Virus record (IMG/VR): IMGVR_UViG_3300042147_000020
Span: 1-64,000 of that record
Reading direction: 5' to 3' (one strand)
Length of the DNA: 64,000 nucleotides
Positions 46,525 through 54,473 of this stretch are shown piece by piece (the first letter of the stretch is position 1; every line of letters begins with the position of its first letter). Below the pieces are notes generated by a model, which was not told the DNA's origin, searched no databases, and saw nothing but the letters and a program-made list of their open reading frames with translations. The position numbers were made by a program, and so were the translations under genes.

Positions 46525-47454
46525 TCATTTCGGCCCACGGGCGTCTTTCAGTTGTAGCAGTACCGGCTGTTCAACACTCTCCGAATCGTAGCCTTCTTCT
46601 GTCGGGAGGATATTGAACTGGTCGGCGATCAGTACTTGTAACACACGTCCTACGCGACCGCGTGTATTGGCTACCAGCTCTAAGGTCTTGGCCACCACAA
46701 CGTCGGTGACTTGAAAGCGTAAAGGTTGTCCTGCTTTAGTGGACATCCACCCTTCGTAGTAACCGGGTTCAATGCGAGGGAACTCACTAATGTAGCTGTC
46801 AGCCACTTTAGACACCATCCCCGAGAGTATATCGACGGGGAGAGCAGCAATGGCAATGACTTCCAGTCCAGCTTGAGCAGTCAACCCCACGGTGTAGACG
46901 AAGTTGACACCTGAGTCGTGGTCTTCAACCTGTTGTAACGCATACCCGTTCTCTGCGATCAACTCGTCTTCCTTAGCATGGAAGTAAGCCCGCATGATAG
47001 TAGTCTGTAGCTGAGTAACAGCCAGCGGGGAATCACACTTCTCACGCATGAAGCAGAAGTAGTCATCACGACTGAACTGTGCCACCATGAATGGGGAAGT
47101 GCGCCAACCGCTCGCCAACTGCTCCAGCAGGTGTTGTGTCATCACCGTGGGACACTTATGAATGATGTCGAACGTGTCACCGAAGTCCTTAGCCGTGGGA
47201 ATCAGGTCCCATGTCAGGAACCGACTAACGTTTTCAGGAATCAGTTCTGGTTCGATGTAGTCACCCAGTCCTTTATCTATCATCCAAGTACAGAAGTTCT
47301 CAGGAGAGTGCTGGACTTCAGCAACCTCCTTCGCAAACTCTTCGAACTCGGCGTAAGGACTGAAGACGCGATTGGGCATAAAACCAATATTCCAGATCGT
47401 CACAGGACGACCCTCGATGGTAAAGATCAACACGGGTGGATGGGTATTCGACAT
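46525..47454 (-). CDS. Protein with C-terminal DUF4262-like domain
   Basis: FVYTVGLT...LEVI...QVLIADQFNILPTEEGYD; paralogous motifs to 2828-3553. Confidence 0.65.
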   Translation of the reverse strand: MSNTHPPVLIFTIEGRPVTIWNIGFMPNRVFSPYAEFEEFAKEVAEVQHSPENFCTWMIDKGLGDYIEPELIPENVSRFLTWDLIPTAKDFGDTFDIIHKCPTVMTQHLLEQLASGWRTSPFMVAQFSRDDYFCFMREKCDSPLAVTQLQTTIMRAYFHAKEDELIAENGYALQQVEDHDSGVNFVYTVGLTAQAGLEVIAIAALPVDILSGMVSKVADSYISEFPRIEPGYYEGWMSTKAGQPLRFQVTDVVVAKTLELVANTRGRVGRVLQVLIADQFNILPTEEGYDSESVEQPVLLQLKDARGPK

Positions 47455-48215
47455 TACTTGTCCTCCTGAGGACTGTCAACAAATTCGATGTCTACGTGTT
47501 GCAGCATCCGACAGATGTCTTGAAGCGTGTCTAGCAAAGGTGCTCGGACATACTGAAGCTCTGGGTAGAACTTAGCAGTCGTACCACCCGGACGTAGCGA
47601 ACCCACACACTTGATCGCTTCCCATGTAGCCACAGGTCGGTTACCGTGCATGTAAGTAGCTATCCCACAACCAAACCACATCGAGAGACCTTCAAAGGTT
47701 GGGGCCACTTCCTTTAGTTCGTGCATCCACACTCGGATACAACCATCTGCATCAATGTTCGGTGGACGCATATCCCACTCGATAGCAGCAACGTTCAACT
47801 CAATATAGAACAAACCCTTGAGCTTACGTTCGTGCAACCAGAACTTCTTGTAACGCTCACGCATCTCTACGCCAGCCCAACGCTGTAGCTTGCAGATCGA
47901 AGCGAGGTCTTTACAGATGTCGCGGTCACGTTCAATCTCTGCTTCAGTTGGATTCGGTGCAGCAGGGACGTAGAGCCTCCAGCCTTGCTCCTCCAGTTCG
48001 ACCAAACGACGCAACCCAGCATCCAGAGTTTTCGGTAACGAGGCTTGGAACAACTCACGACCGTTGAACCACACTACACATGGATACTCACGCGGAGTTT
48101 CTTTTGGTGGGAGGGTAGTGTAAAAGTGTTCGTTGATGACACGTTTCCAGACGTGACTGTTGCGAACTACGTAACCACCCCACGGGAGTTTCTGGTACTT
48201 CAGATGCTTGCTCAT
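47454..48215 (-). CDS. Hypothetical protein (N-terminal PxxYPCVV domain)
   Basis: 253 aa, GAGGAG RBS. Confidence 0.7.
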   Translation of the reverse strand: MSKHLKYQKLPWGGYVVRNSHVWKRVINEHFYTTLPPKETPREYPCVVWFNGRELFQASLPKTLDAGLRRLVELEEQGWRLYVPAAPNPTEAEIERDRDICKDLASICKLQRWAGVEMRERYKKFWLHERKLKGLFYIELNVAAIEWDMRPPNIDADGCIRVWMHELKEVAPTFEGLSMWFGCGIATYMHGNRPVATWEAIKCVGSLRPGGTTAKFYPELQYVRAPLLDTLQDICRMLQHVDIEFVDSPQEDK

Positions 48216-48244
48216 CTCTGTTCTCCTCAGAACACTTTCTATTA

Positions 48245-48547
48245 TTAGTCGCCTTGGACTTCACGGAACTGAGCCAAGAGTTTATCTTTGTAGTCATCCA
48301 GCGACAGCCACGAACAACTGACACCAGCACCCCAGCTACGGCTGAACAGGTACACCACGCAAGGGTAAGCCTTGGGGTAGTTCGTCGGGTACTCAAGGTC
48401 AACATCATCGCTGGCACAGAAACGCTTAACAGCATCTCGGTAAGCAGCTTGGGTACGACACAGGTGACCACCGTCACTCAGGCGTTTGTAATTCGAGCGT
48501 GGTTCTTCTTGTTCCGTAAACTTGTTCAATTGCAGTAATTTCATCAC
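48245..48547 (-). CDS. Hypothetical protein (PxxYPCVV domain)
   Basis: 100 aa. Confidence 0.7.
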   Translation of the reverse strand: MMKLLQLNKFTEQEEPRSNYKRLSDGGHLCRTQAAYRDAVKRFCASDDVDLEYPTNYPKAYPCVVYLFSRSWGAGVSCSWLSLDDYKDKLLAQFREVQGD

Positions 48548-48592
48548 AACCCCTTAAAAAAAGAAAAGGGACCCGAAGGCCCCTACTTACTA

Positions 48593-48994
48593 TTAGCTAG
48601 GAAACTGTAGCAGGTAATCAGCCATCTTCTTACGCGTGCGGCGAATCCACCGAGCACAAGGAACCTGAGTACCCGTCCGCTTCCCTTGGATCACCCGCTC
48701 AGCCAACGTACTGAACACCAATGGTAAGGGGTAGTAAACCCACTGGTCATCAATAGTCCGGCGAACTAACGTGAATTGAAACTCCCGAGACGTCTCCTTA
48801 TGGTGAACGCCCCGGTATGCTGCCACCAACTCATGGTCACGCAGGCGGTCGTAGATGATGACATTCGTTCCAGAGTCCTCGTGTTCACGAGTTTTCTTCC
48901 TGAACAGAGTGCCTTCAATTACGTGTTCGTATTTCTGCCCGCGAACCTCCACACAGATGCGTGGGGTTTGGATGTGTGTGTTGATGGCATTCAT
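48593..48994 (-). CDS. Hypothetical protein
   Basis: Start moved to MNAIN at 48994 (TAATG overlap). Confidence 0.65.
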   Translation of the reverse strand: MNAINTHIQTPRICVEVRGQKYEHVIEGTLFRKKTREHEDSGTNVIIYDRLRDHELVAAYRGVHHKETSREFQFTLVRRTIDDQWVYYPLPLVFSTLAERVIQGKRTGTQVPCARWIRRTRKKMADYLLQFPS

Positions 48995-49293
48995 TATTGC
49001 TTTTCCCACGGACGTGGAATACCGTGGACTTTGATCCACTGTACAACTTCCGGGGAGATCTCTTTGAGCTTCGCCTCACTATAAGAAGGAGGGAAGACTA
49101 CGGTAACGCCATCGGGGGCTGTGTTGTCGTCCCAGATTTCGTTAGTGTTCCAGTTCTTGCACACATCAAACTTGCAGCTCACAGTCTGCATGTCTTTCAA
49201 CCAGCTCGGCTCGAAGCTTGGCGGTTGAGTAGTAGCGTTCGCTTGAGCGGTTGCGCAAGTGACCAGCATCAGTGCAGCGAAAAGAGTTTTCAT
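48994..49293 (-). CDS. Small secreted protein
   Basis: Signal peptide MKTLFAALMLVTCATAQA; Cys pair CKFDVC. Confidence 0.7.
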   Translation of the reverse strand: MKTLFAALMLVTCATAQANATTQPPSFEPSWLKDMQTVSCKFDVCKNWNTNEIWDDNTAPDGVTVVFPPSYSEAKLKEISPEVVQWIKVHGIPRPWEKQ

Positions 49294-49345
49294 GGCTTGT
49301 CTTCCTTAAGACCAATTTTTTGGTAGTGCTTGTTATGGAGGTTTG

Positions 49346-49621
49346 TTATACGTCGACTACGACGAGTTCTTGATTGTCGAAAACCATTGGCAGACTATTG
49401 CTAGCCTTACGGGCTTCGAATTCTTCAACAGGGATTACCATGTCGAGGTTGCTGTACGTCACGTAGCGGAACCCGCCTTCCACTTCGATGATCTCAGGCT
49501 CAACCGGAGAGCCTGTCACCCCACGATGGAGGTTGTCGCGAATCCAGTTCAGAATGACCTGAGCTTCGTCTACACTGGGGAACACTTTGACGCTGGTTGT
49601 TTTGCAGAGTACTCGCTTCAC
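49346..49621 (-). CDS. Hypothetical protein
   Basis: 91 aa, GTGA overlap, AGGAG RBS. Confidence 0.65.
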   Translation of the reverse strand: MKRVLCKTTSVKVFPSVDEAQVILNWIRDNLHRGVTGSPVEPEIIEVEGGFRYVTYSNLDMVIPVEEFEARKASNSLPMVFDNQELVVVDV

Positions 49622-49890
49622 AGATCCACTCCTTTTTCTTTTTCGGATTGGGATTTACGAATTGCTACGTAGACCAACCACATGACTACGATAGCGAATG
49701 CCAAGAACCACAACTTGGCGAAAATCATTACTGCCAACAAAATGGTGAGGCTGAGATTGCTGTAATGGCGAATCCCGTACGTCACCAGATTGATGAACCA
49801 ACCTGTGCGACCGTCAAACGTACCTTTCTTATGCTGCATCCACATGATGCCAGTGAACGCCAACAAGATCAGAGCAATTAGAATCGACAT
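49618..49890 (-). CDS. Small membrane protein
   Basis: 90 aa, about 3 TM segments, GAGG RBS. Confidence 0.7.
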   Translation of the reverse strand: MSILIALILLAFTGIMWMQHKKGTFDGRTGWFINLVTYGIRHYSNLSLTILLAVMIFAKLWFLAFAIVVMWLVYVAIRKSQSEKEKGVDL

Positions 49891-49913
49891 CAGGCACCCT
49901 CCTCAGGGTAAAG

Positions 49914-50267
49914 TTATTTCTTCCAGAGTGCGTACTCTGGATTCAGTCCTATAACGTCGTCAGTGACGTTGTAGCAGAACTCTAGCGAACAATAGTCAGA
50001 CTGCTCTGCCATTGGGATGTGTGCTCTCAGACGTTCTCTGGCGAGCTTACGGATACCGCTGGCAGTCGTCGTCAGGTAACAGTCGTCACCTTTAGGGTCA
50101 CACCAGATCCGGTAGACCTTCTTACTAACCTGAACCTCAGAAGGTCCAAGTCGACCCAGTGGACCGTCCACTGACAATGTTGGAGATTGTCCGGGCATCG
50201 GGCTGGCTTGTGTCGCGCTCCCCAACAGAGCTAGAGTAATCGCGCAGCACACCTGTATCAGTTTCAT
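49914..50267 (-). CDS. Small secreted Cys-pair protein
   Basis: Signal-like MKLIQVCCAITLALLGSATQA; CDPKGDDC and CSLEFC. Confidence 0.6.
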   Translation of the reverse strand: MKLIQVCCAITLALLGSATQASPMPGQSPTLSVDGPLGRLGPSEVQVSKKVYRIWCDPKGDDCYLTTTASGIRKLARERLRAHIPMAEQSDYCSLEFCYNVTDDVIGLNPEYALWKK

Positions 50268-50436
50268 TTGTTGGTACCATATCACTGGGATTGAAGATTA
50301 CTGTTAAGACCAAAGCTACAGCAAAGGCAACACACAACCAACGGAGAAACCTGTTCTCCCAAGCCAACCGTTTCTGGTCGACTTTGTTGTTCAGGTTGTC
50401 GATCGCTTGCTTACTACGATTGTTCACTTCAGTCAT
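50137..50436 (-). CDS. Small single-pass membrane protein
   Basis: 99 aa, one TM; the 3' half overlaps the next gene by about 130 nt. Confidence 0.55.
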   Translation of the reverse strand: MTEVNNRSKQAIDNLNNKVDQKRLAWENRFLRWLCVAFAVALVLTVIFNPSDMVPTNETDTGVLRDYSSSVGERDTSQPDARTISNIVSGRSTGSTWTF

Positions 50437-50437
50437 G

Positions 50438-50638
50438 TTATTTCCCCACCCATACTTTCATGGTGGTTTGCTTCAGGACACCCTCACGGGTCATTACGGT
50501 TTGTTCCACGTTGCACCAGCCGTCTTTGCAGTCAGCAGGTTTGCCGGTCTCAGCAGGCAGCAGGTAGAATGCATAAGCCGAGGAGCAGATCGAAGCCAAG
50601 GCGATTACAGCGAGGATTGCTTTTACGAATTTGTTCAT
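50438..50638 (-). CDS. Small secreted or anchored protein
   Basis: Signal peptide MNKFVKAILAVIALASICSSAYA; CKDGWC. Confidence 0.65.
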   Translation of the reverse strand: MNKFVKAILAVIALASICSSAYAFYLLPAETGKPADCKDGWCNVEQTVMTREGVLKQTTMKVWVGK

Positions 50639-50716
50639 GAGTCATTTTCCTACTAAGGATAAGAGATTGGTGTAATGTTGTACGAGTGGGTCACAGGACC
50701 CACTCGCTGGGGAAGC

Positions 50717-51058
50717 TTAAGCGAATTGCAGGGGTTGTTTAGCCACGACTGCGTTGTTGCGTTCCAACGACTCGGTGTTAGCCGGAGCGGTAGGGGTGTT
50801 GTAGCGAGACAGTTCAGCTTCGTCGAAGTTGATAGCCACTTCTTCAATAGCTTCAAAGCCAACCAACACTTCAGCAGTGGTGGTAACAAAGGTAGCGATG
50901 TAGATGCGGTGGAAGTCACCATTCAGATCTTTAACAGCTACAACTTCACGACCTTCGTGTTGACCTACAGTAACAGTCTTGGCGATGAAGAAGCTTTGAT
51001 CGTCTTTAACTTTCACCAGGCCTTTGCAGGAATTCAGGACTACGATTACTTTGTTCAT
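50717..51058 (-). CDS. Hypothetical early protein
   Basis: 113 aa, GGAG RBS, first gene after the early promoter. Confidence 0.75.
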   Translation of the reverse strand: MNKVIVVLNSCKGLVKVKDDQSFFIAKTVTVGQHEGREVVAVKDLNGDFHRIYIATFVTTTAEVLVGFEAIEEVAINFDEAELSRYNTPTAPANTESLERNNAVVAKQPLQFA

Positions 51059-51099
51059 GTTGTGTTCTCCATAGAACGAAAGATTAATGACCAGATTAT

Positions 51100-51143
51100 T
51101 CTAGTCTATTCACCAGAGTAATATAGATCTGAGATTTTTTTAA
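51100..51143 (-). promoter_or_regulatory. phiKZ-type early promoter
   Basis: AAAAAAATCTCAGATCTATATTACTCTGGTGAATAGACTAGA. Confidence 0.75.
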
Positions 51144-51161
51144 TTGGAATGTTTACACTAT

Positions 51162-51308
51162 GTTGTGAATACAGGCAATGTCAACATTGTCCGCAAGGGG
51201 GTGATCCAGCCTTAGTGTGTTCTCCGAATCCTTGGATCGCTGGGAAGCAGTTCTAAAAGGGATTCACGGCTGCCTGTGTTCGGACCGTCCTTCGGGGCGG
51301 TCCTTTAT
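51162..51308 (+). ncRNA. Candidate structured ncRNA with its own terminator
   Basis: TATG at 51159; closing stem GAATACAGGCA/TGCCTGTGTTC; inner stem GTGATCCA/TGGATCGC; terminator GGACCGTCC-TTCG-GGGCGGTCC-TTT; G-U pairs favour the + strand. Confidence 0.55.
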
Positions 51309-51353
51309 GCCCAAAAAAAAGAGGGGGCGCAAGCTCCCTCTTTTTGTTACTAC

Positions 51354-51713
51354 TTACGAGTGGCCACCATGTTTCTTCAAAGCCGCCGTCACCAAGGCGT
51401 TCTGACGAGTGGTGTCTTCGGTCATGAGCTTAAGTAGGGACGGACTGGCTTTAACCAACGGGCTCATCTCCATCTCAAACCGACCGCCCTTACGGATATG
51501 TAACACCCCGAGCTGATAGCCGAATTCACTACTGGTGAACTCAATGAAGTCCCCTTCGTTACAGTAGGTGATGGCTAACTGCAACATCCGTGGCATCGCA
51601 GTATCGAAGTAACTGTAATGTCGCGCCATGATGACTTCTTTGGATTTACCACGCATCATGATAGCAACAACCCGACGCGGGGCAGGATCTTTCTTTTGTT
51701 TCAAGCTGGCCAT
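51354..51713 (-). CDS. Hypothetical protein
   Basis: 119 aa, AAGGA RBS, followed by a terminator. Confidence 0.75.
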   Translation of the reverse strand: MASLKQKKDPAPRRVVAIMMRGKSKEVIMARHYSYFDTAMPRMLQLAITYCNEGDFIEFTSSEFGYQLGVLHIRKGGRFEMEMSPLVKASPSLLKLMTEDTTRQNALVTAALKKHGGHS

Positions 51714-51775
51714 TCTACTTTCCTTCTAAGGACTTAAGTTTAGTGGGGTTCCTGAGGGAACCCCCTTTATGTCGC

Positions 51776-52855
51776 TTACTTCACGGTCGGGAAGACCTGA
51801 CGATAGCGCTTGATGAAGTGTTCGATCAGACCACCTTTGATCTCGGCGCGCTTCTTCGAACCCACGCCATCACAGATGATCATGTACTCGTCGATGGCCG
51901 CTGTCAGGATGTCGAGGTACTTGGACATCGAATCAATCGGTGCTGGGTCCAGATGCTTCTTGTAACCGGCTTCGAGCAGGCTCAGTGAGGCATCGTCTAC
52001 TTGACCGACTGGTTTGTTCACCAGAGTTTCCAGAACCTTCAGGAAGAACACCGCCTGATCTACTTCAGGCTTGTCTTCTTTAGGACTGACCTTCGGTAAG
52101 TGGTACGGCATCGGGAGAATCGTGTTGATTTCCCAACCGTGTGGTCTGAACTGGCGAGTGAAACGCAGCAACTCACTGTAGTCTTCCACTTTACCCACGG
52201 AACCGAGGCTAACTGCTACGCCCTTCTTGCGAGTCACCCAGTGAATGCAGTTATCGCTACCCGACCAGATCAACACATTACCGAACTCCAACTGAGTAGG
52301 TGTGTCACGCCCACGGTCGCGGTGTTCAGGACCACGCCAGTTCAGACCCAGCAACATGCGTGGGTGATGAATGCCGGAGTTGACGTCGATGAAGCTAGTG
52401 ATGCCATCAAAGGCATCTCGCAGTTTGTCGTAACCGTAGTAGCACGGATAGACCGGACGGGTTGGAATAAACTCGAGCATGCGGACGTTACCGCCACGTG
52501 CAGCACCCATCAAGTAGGAGAACAGGACCGCAGGGTCTTCGCTACCGTAATCGTGGTCGGTGCTCGAACCAGACTCCCGTACGGTACGCATGCGCAAGTA
52601 GTTGCGAGCGATGTCGGATTCCTTCACCGTACGCAACAACTGAGGGTCACGGCTTTCAGGGTCCATCATCGTGTCATCGCCGATTTCCAGCGGGTAGTCG
52701 AAGTTCTTGCAGAAAGCCAGTTGCACAGGCTCATCGTCAAACGTGAACAGCGCCAACCCTGTGACTTCGAATACCGCACGATGCCCTGCGGGATCAAAGA
52801 TCACACGGTTCTTTTCGGTGAACAGTTTGTCTACAGCGGATTGAAGAATCGACAT
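51776..52855 (-). CDS. Hypothetical protein
   Basis: 359-aa ORF with phage-like codon bias. Confidence 0.75.
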   Translation of the reverse strand: MSILQSAVDKLFTEKNRVIFDPAGHRAVFEVTGLALFTFDDEPVQLAFCKNFDYPLEIGDDTMMDPESRDPQLLRTVKESDIARNYLRMRTVRESGSSTDHDYGSEDPAVLFSYLMGAARGGNVRMLEFIPTRPVYPCYYGYDKLRDAFDGITSFIDVNSGIHHPRMLLGLNWRGPEHRDRGRDTPTQLEFGNVLIWSGSDNCIHWVTRKKGVAVSLGSVGKVEDYSELLRFTRQFRPHGWEINTILPMPYHLPKVSPKEDKPEVDQAVFFLKVLETLVNKPVGQVDDASLSLLEAGYKKHLDPAPIDSMSKYLDILTAAIDEYMIICDGVGSKKRAEIKGGLIEHFIKRYRQVFPTVK

Positions 52856-52902
52856 TTCTTACGCCTTCTAAGGGTTACTAGATAATTGAGGTGTGTCAGG
52901 TT

Positions 52903-53289
52903 TTACAAATCGTTACTTCTGGGTCGTTTAGCTTGTCGTTGGAAAAACGGTAAATCAAAGAAGCTGTCAACGCCTTCTGGGCATTCGGCATCGTAGTGAC
53001 GGTAATCTAGCGTTAACCAGAGATGTCCACCAAGCTCTAGGTTATCTACGTCTTCTTCAGTCATTCCAGTGGGAGGAGACATCCGCCACTTCTTTAGTAA
53101 AGTCCAGTCAAACCTACCGTCAGAAGTTTGAAAGTTCTCCGCGCCGATAGTAAACGATCCAGGGAAGGCTTTAGTAAGCTCTTCTGAAAAGTTCTCGCAC
53201 TGCCCAGAGTTGATCTGACTGAAGTCAGTAAACTGGTTCTCCGCTAAGTATTTCAACCGGAGTTCTTTTATTACATCGGCTAAGATCAT
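52903..53289 (-). CDS. Small protein with a putative Cys-His-Asp (papain/transglutaminase-like) triad
   Basis: INSGQCENF...GHLWL...HYDAECPEGV. Confidence 0.55.
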   Translation of the reverse strand: MILADVIKELRLKYLAENQFTDFSQINSGQCENFSEELTKAFPGSFTIGAENFQTSDGRFDWTLLKKWRMSPPTGMTEEDVDNLELGGHLWLTLDYRHYDAECPEGVDSFFDLPFFQRQAKRPRSNDL

Positions 53290-53498
53290 ACGTAGAACAC
53301 TCTGCTGTGGTTGTTGCTGGAAGCGTAACGAGCTACCGAGCGTGCACTCAACCCAGTGGCCTTAGCCGCTTGCGTAAGGTTGTTGTACACTTGCCCATTA
53401 ACACTGACCTTCTTGCGAATCGTGGCTTCACGGAGGAATGACGCTTGCCTTAAGTTCTCTCGTTGTTCACTGGTGAACACGTACCCTTCAACACACAT
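53286..53498 (-). CDS. Small DNA-binding protein resembling a NUMOD/HTH homing-endonuclease tail
   Basis: SEQRENLRQA...KKVSVNGQVYNNLTQAAKATGLS; no nuclease domain; GGAG RBS. Confidence 0.55.
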   Translation of the reverse strand: MCVEGYVFTSEQRENLRQASFLREATIRKKVSVNGQVYNNLTQAAKATGLSARSVARYASSNNHSRVFYV

Positions 53499-53510
53499 TG
53501 GTTTTCTCCA

Positions 53511-53552
53511 TCTAATTCACCTAAGTAATATAGGTTTGTAATATGTTTGAAT
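53511..53552 (-). promoter_or_regulatory. phiKZ-type early promoter
   Basis: ATTCAAACATATTACAAACCTATATTACTTAGGTGAA. Confidence 0.7.
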
Positions 53553-53581
53553 GCGGCATAGAAGGGCCGAAGCCCTTTCTA

Positions 53582-54028
53582 TTAATAGAGGATGATGCTC
53601 ACAGGTAATTCGGTTTCAGTCAAGTACTTCTCCACCAATGGCTTGAAGTTCTTGAAGTAATCGAGTTGACCCTGACCACACCCCAGTGCCGGGATACCCA
53701 GTTCAGTAATTCCCAACTCTTTGTAGCGTGCCACTAAGTCCTCGAAGCCTGCAATCAGGTACTCTTCTTTACTAGGATTGACGAAGTGTTCTTTCGTCGG
53801 AAACAGTAGGACTTGTTGACAGGAATCTGGAATGGGGTAAACCACAAGCTTACCCACATCCAACTGACCAGTTTTCAGAGCAACCTGATAGAACGCAAGA
53901 AGGCCAGGAGTCCTGAACTTGAAAGCTGCGGCCAACCCGTTCCCGAGTGTGCCCCAGGTATTGACTGGACAGGCTACCGTTTGCAGCCCGCAACTAAAGA
54001 GGGAACCTTCACCTTCAAATGCTATCAT
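53582..54028 (-). CDS. Macrodomain protein (DarG/TARG1-like ADP-ribose glycohydrolase)
   Basis: PVNTxGxLGxGLAxAFK, FPTK (Lys equivalent to the DarG catalytic residue), IPALGCGxGxL. Confidence 0.85.
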   Translation of the reverse strand: MIAFEGEGSLFSCGLQTVACPVNTWGTLGNGLAAAFKFRTPGLLAFYQVALKTGQLDVGKLVVYPIPDSCQQVLLFPTKEHFVNPSKEEYLIAGFEDLVARYKELGITELGIPALGCGQGQLDYFKNFKPLVEKYLTETELPVSIILY

Positions 54029-54450
54029 CTCTTGTTACCCTGTTTGTTTTGTTCAAGCTGTTTGATCTGCCGTTCCGTAGGGATCAGCGACCGTGCAGCG
54101 TCTTCTGAGCAAATGCGCAAGACCAGACGATGGATCTCACGAGGGAGGTCTAGGAACTCCGTCAATGTGAAACCCCAATTCTTGTGCACCTCATTAACAT
54201 TGAACTGGTAAATAGCGCGATACAGAGAACCGTATTCGTGGTAGTCCTCTTTCACGTGCTTACCCACCAAAGCCAACGGACGTCCTTGCTCAGCAGAGTG
54301 GTCAAAGATCCCGTAGTCTTCGTCGTACGCCTCACGCAAAACCAGTTGGGCTGTCATGGCATCCAAGTTGCTGGCGCTTTCAAGCAGCCCTTCTAGCCGT
54401 CCTTTCTGACCTATCCGAGACAAACCGAAGCCGGGGAGTGCTGTGTGCAT
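54025..54450 (-). CDS. Putative frameshift-extension (GT-like) part of a tail assembly chaperone
   Basis: HKNWGFTLTEFLDLP motif; its frame is open back to the T9 run of the upstream gene; no well-spaced RBS. Confidence 0.6.
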   Translation of the reverse strand: MHTALPGFGLSRIGQKGRLEGLLESASNLDAMTAQLVLREAYDEDYGIFDHSAEQGRPLALVGKHVKEDYHEYGSLYRAIYQFNVNEVHKNWGFTLTEFLDLPREIHRLVLRICSEDAARSLIPTERQIKQLEQNKQGNKR

Positions 54451-54473
54451 GTCCCCGTTTCGTGGGTCGATCT

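Noticed and set aside
46321-46557. 78-aa + strand ORF (also 51217-51405)
   Set aside because: No RBS; each overlaps a terminator and a convergent gene.
49914-50436. Rz/Rz1 spanin pair
   Set aside because: The overlap geometry is suggestive, but the downstream ORF has no lipobox Cys, and the locus is early with no lysis genes.
51186-51250. SRP RNA or known ribozyme (GTCCGCAAGG...GGAAGCAG)
   Set aside because: The SRP-like pieces are separated by about 45 nt, and no hammerhead, HDV or pistol core was recognised.
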